Below are positions 60,415 through 64,000 of a stretch of 64,000 nt of DNA, one piece after another. Both the position numbers and the translations under genes were made by a program. Below the pieces are notes generated by a model. The model saw only the letters and a list, made by a program, of their open reading frames with translations, did no database searches and was not told the DNA's origin. The first letter of the stretch is position 1, and each line of letters opens with the position of its first letter. The stretch is taken from positions 6,758,001-6,822,000 of the forward strand of contig CM060732.1 of the NCBI GenBank assembly GCA_030704615.1. Reading direction: 5' to 3'. Origin of the DNA: Takakia lepidozioides (Eukaryota > Plantae > Bryophyta).

Positions 60415-62466
60415 CTGAACTTGCTGTCACTTGGAGTAGAAAGCCAAAGAAAAAGTATCCCTACAACCGTGAGCAGCCAACAACAGAAATGGGGGGGATC
60501 GGACATGGGGGGGATCGGTCTCAAAGTCAGGGGGGCCAGTCCGGAAAACAGCGAAGACACGGACATGTGGGGGAGCAGACTACTCATCAAGACAAGGGGG
60601 AGCAGCTTGCCAGCTCGGGGCCTCCTGTAGGGGATGGGGCCATGGACGTCGACCACGACACACCGCACCCGATCACTCCTCCTGGAACATTTATACTCCT
60701 GCAACATGGACTTCTCCCTTCCAATTTTGCTAACCAGAATGATGAAAGATCCTGGGATGCATTTGTGAATTTCGCATGGAGTGGAGGATTTGCAATGCGA
60801 GTGGAGAGGGCTGAACGCCGCTGGAGAAGATGGCTTCTACAAGAACAGGTTCCTTCACCCCCCGATCTCATTTTCAGTTTATCTGCTCCCCCCAATATTT
60901 TCCCAGAATTGCCCCCAGTTTGTAAATGCTGATTCTGTGTTGCATTTTTGCCTGCAGATCAATGCTTCCGCGGGAGAAATTGAGGCTATGCGGAAATCAG
61001 TGGGGGCATGGAGCACCTGCAAAGACGGCGTTCCCTGTGCTCTACCCATTGGGCTAGAGTTGGAAGATTTTGAGAGCTATCTTGTGGGGAAGAAGAGTAC
61101 TCCATTCGTAACACCCTCCTGTCCGGTGAATGTTGTTTCCCCCATCATGCCTGTCTCTGCTCCCCCTTCATCGTCTACCCCTCCCCCCCCCCCCCCCCCC
61201 GCCCCCGCCTCTGCTGCTCCCTCGACTTCTTTCAGGTCTGCTCCCCCCTCTGCTGCTCCCTCCTCTTCTGCTCCCCCCTCATCTCTAGATCTCCAGTTTC
61301 ATATTGTTGAACTATTGCTGGAGGAGCAGGACGTTCGACGTCTGCTTCCTGAATTCCCTCTCCTAAGAACTGCCGAGGGATCTGATGCCATTGTCTCCTG
61401 GCTGAAACATCAATGTCCAGCCCGACTGCCTCTGGTCCCTGTTCCCCTCCAAGTTTTTTCTACCATGGACCCTCGACCCCCTGTTTCACACTTGTATCTT
61501 TTGGCCGATTTAAGGCATGGCATCTGCCACAGTCATATCATGATGCTTTTTGCACCGCAGACTGCTCACAAACTGCCATATCATGGATTTGGACTGTTCT
61601 TGCATGGAGGTTGGCGGACGTTTGGGAATTTTCAGAATCAGGAAAGTATGTTAAAAGAAGTGCTCCTGGCAGAGGGACAGCTTAGATATGGTACAATGCA
61701 GGACAAAATGCAGATCGTTGACTCCTGCCGAGCATTTCTTTGCATGGTGCGTGCCCGAGCGTTTCATGAATTTGCAGCAACGGAAACGGCCCACTTTCAA
61801 CTTTGTGGTGCAAGGGCAACGATGCCGAAGGCCTACGACGTGCAGCCAGGGCCTGGGAGGATCTACTGTTTAGGCGGGAGCACATTGATTTGGGACGCTA
61901 CGTGAATCTTTTGAGCTTGTGCATGCTTTTTCTCTCCAAGAGTCTGTCATTGTGAAGATCAGAATTGGAATATATAAATGGGGGAGCAGACTTTACAGTC
62001 GGGGATCGGGGGTCAGGGGATCACGGGGGTCAAAGCTAAGACACAAGCGCTTGTCTATGTGATAGGTGAGGCTGAGGCAGCTGATGTTGGAGTTCAAAAT
62101 GCCATGGAGGAGGTCTTGCAAGCAAACAAGGTGTTGTTGGCGAGAAGACATGAACTACATGAGCAACGAGTGTCACCATATGCCCCTCACCTTTCCCACA
62201 TCGACGTTGACGCCTTCAATTTATCGCAGTTGTCCCACCATGCATCGCAGATGACGTTGCCAACACCCTCACAGGTTGAAGACCCTCAAGCGCCTCAGAC
62301 AGAGACTTTTCAAGTGGAATCTCCAACGGCAGGTTTCTACTCACCCATTGCGGAAGTTGATGTCAATCCCATCCCCTCTCATATTGTTCTGCCTCACAAT
62401 CTTCTTTTAGACTCCCCAAGGGAATACTCTGCTGCCCTCACTGTCTCTGCTGCCCCTGCCTCTTCT
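60415..62466 (+). pseudogene. 3' part of the interrupted unknown gene (probably spliced)
   Basis: Frame from 60420 runs into ORF 60489-60932. Likely acceptor CCTGCAG at ~60957 precedes the ORF ending at 61905. A further ORF from 61978 is cut by the LTR at 62467. No recognisable domain. Confidence 0.45.
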
Positions 62467-63505
62467 TGTCACGCGGCTTTTACTCACCCATCCCTTCGCT
62501 ATCCGAGGTGGGAACTCCAAGATAGAAGAGCTGGAAATCTCTAAGCACTCAGCCCACTCAGAACAATCAGTCATGACCTACAGCTAGTGTATCATGGGGT
62601 TGTTTCCTATTTGTACTCCTTCCCACATTCATGTTAGCGAGTTACCTTACTATCTGCAATTAAGTATCAGTTTGCTTCAGAAATCTATCAAGTTCCATCC
62701 GTTGATTCCACAGCTTCACTCAGGTCTCTCTACAAAGTGTGAGTATGAAGTATGTATCAGATTAATATCTATCAAGTATCAGGCTGAAGCCATGGAGTCT
62801 CTAATCTGCTCTACATTACAACTCTACTGCTTGCATTCATCAAGCATCAACAGATCGTTCTCATCCTACTCCGTGCTCTTCCTCTTTCTACTCAGAGATG
62901 CGCTCTCCGCTTCATTTCCCCCCCCAGCAGTGATGCCAGAAGTCCTCCAAGAAGTAGTGATTCCTCGACCTCCCCGCTCTTCGCTTTTTCTACCTACAAG
63001 CTGTTCTAACCGCTTTCCTAACTAACCGTCATCCCTGTAGTACACGTTCCTTTTTCAGATGTCGTTCCCCCACCGTCGTTCCCTGCCAATGATAACTGTT
63101 CCCCAGCTGTGCCGAGCTGTGACTGGCTGTATCAGGCTGTGGCGGGCTGTGACTAACTGTGTCGGACTGTGTAGGGCTGTGCGAAGCTGTGGCGGTTGTA
63201 TCGGACTATGTCGGCTGTGTCGGCTGTGTCGGACTGTGACGGGCTGTGTTGGCTGTGACTGGCTGTGTCGGACTGTGACGGCTGTGTCGGACTGTGACGG
63301 CTGTGTCGGGCTGTGTTGGCTGTGCGAAGCTGTGACGGGCTGTGTTGGCTGTGACTGGCTGTGTTGGACTGTGACAGGCTGTGTATCTCCCCCCTAAAGC
63401 CTGTTGCTGTCACCCCTAAGGCTCCTATTGGTCTCAGTCTGTGTAAAAATTAAGGGTACCCCATAGATCCCGTAAAGCATCTAAGTCCCAAGCAGCCCTC
63501 TAACA
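62467..63505 (-). repeat. 3' LTR of Tat-like copy 3
   Basis: TG...CA termini. PPT (GAGAGGAGGAGGGGTAAA on minus) at 63506-63523. Confidence 0.92.
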
Positions 63506-63544
63506 TTTACCCCTCCTCCTCTCAAAAAGCCGTGTCCTCACGGT

Positions 63545-64000
63545 TTACTGTTTGGGATTAGCAAACCATTGTGAGCGAGCACCCTTGTGACGTTGAGAGT
63601 CTCGTGAAGGACTCCGTGTGCGAGCCCGTGTCCTGTCACTGGTTGAGGGAGATGATTGAACACTACCTGGATATGTCAGTCCCTCTTTTGGCTGATATCG
63701 AGGTAATCTTTCAGGCATAGGAGACCCCCGTCGCTTCTTCTCTGCCATCTGAATTGCATAGTCCTCTGCCATGTCAAAAGAGTCCGCTGAAGAACCAGTA
63801 GTATCAGAATCCTCATTGCCTCTCAGGTGTTTTAACGGCCAAACTTTTTGTGGAATCCTCTGGGGCATACAATGTGGTCCCTCCATGTCTGGAAGTTTAA
63901 ACTGTAAAACTTGTTGTAAGCGCTGAATTGCAAAATTGGTGAAGACCCTGAACTCCTTGTCTGTCTAGGTGAGTGGTGTACCAATGACTTGTGAATTGTG
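63545..64000 (-). CDS. C-terminal part of the Tat-like 3' extra ORF, copy 3 (continues beyond the window)
   Basis: Near-identical to 52081-52536. Confidence 0.7.

Overview
This is eukaryotic, intron-containing DNA made almost entirely of nested transposable elements. It is probably from a plant-lineage genome, judged from chromovirus and Tat/Ogre-type Ty3/Gypsy elements and an L1-type LINE; the species cannot be determined. There is a 500-N gap at 43614-44113. The main result is a family of Mutator-like (MULE) DNA transposons present as several subfamilies. One copy is complete: 28138-41679 (13,542 bp), with imperfect 21-bp TIRs and a perfect 9-bp TSD (ACTTGTCGG), inserted in a Gypsy integrase. 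It carries (i) an open, spliced ~1170-aa transposase (GCM/WRKY-like Zn domain, DDE core, C-terminal SWIM); (ii) a divergently transcribed 8-exon gene fusing a ParB/Srx-like domain (WDGNHR) to a beta-class amino (N6-A/N4-C) DNA methyltransferase fold; (iii) a small unknown ORF; and (iv) arrays of GGCGCC-centred palindromes between the genes, in introns and near the termini. Each subfamily has its own palindrome arms and repeat period (53, 63-64, 73, 96 bp), all close to whole numbers of helical turns. This suggests a transposon-encoded, self-targeting DNA-modification system with parS/ParB-like loading sites. That function is inference and untested. The rest of the window holds a chimeric deleted copy, LINE and chromovirus remnants, and three Tat/Ogre-like LTR elements. 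One of these has its two LTRs in opposite orientation but sharing a TSD, which reveals a local inversion that split a zinc-finger gene.
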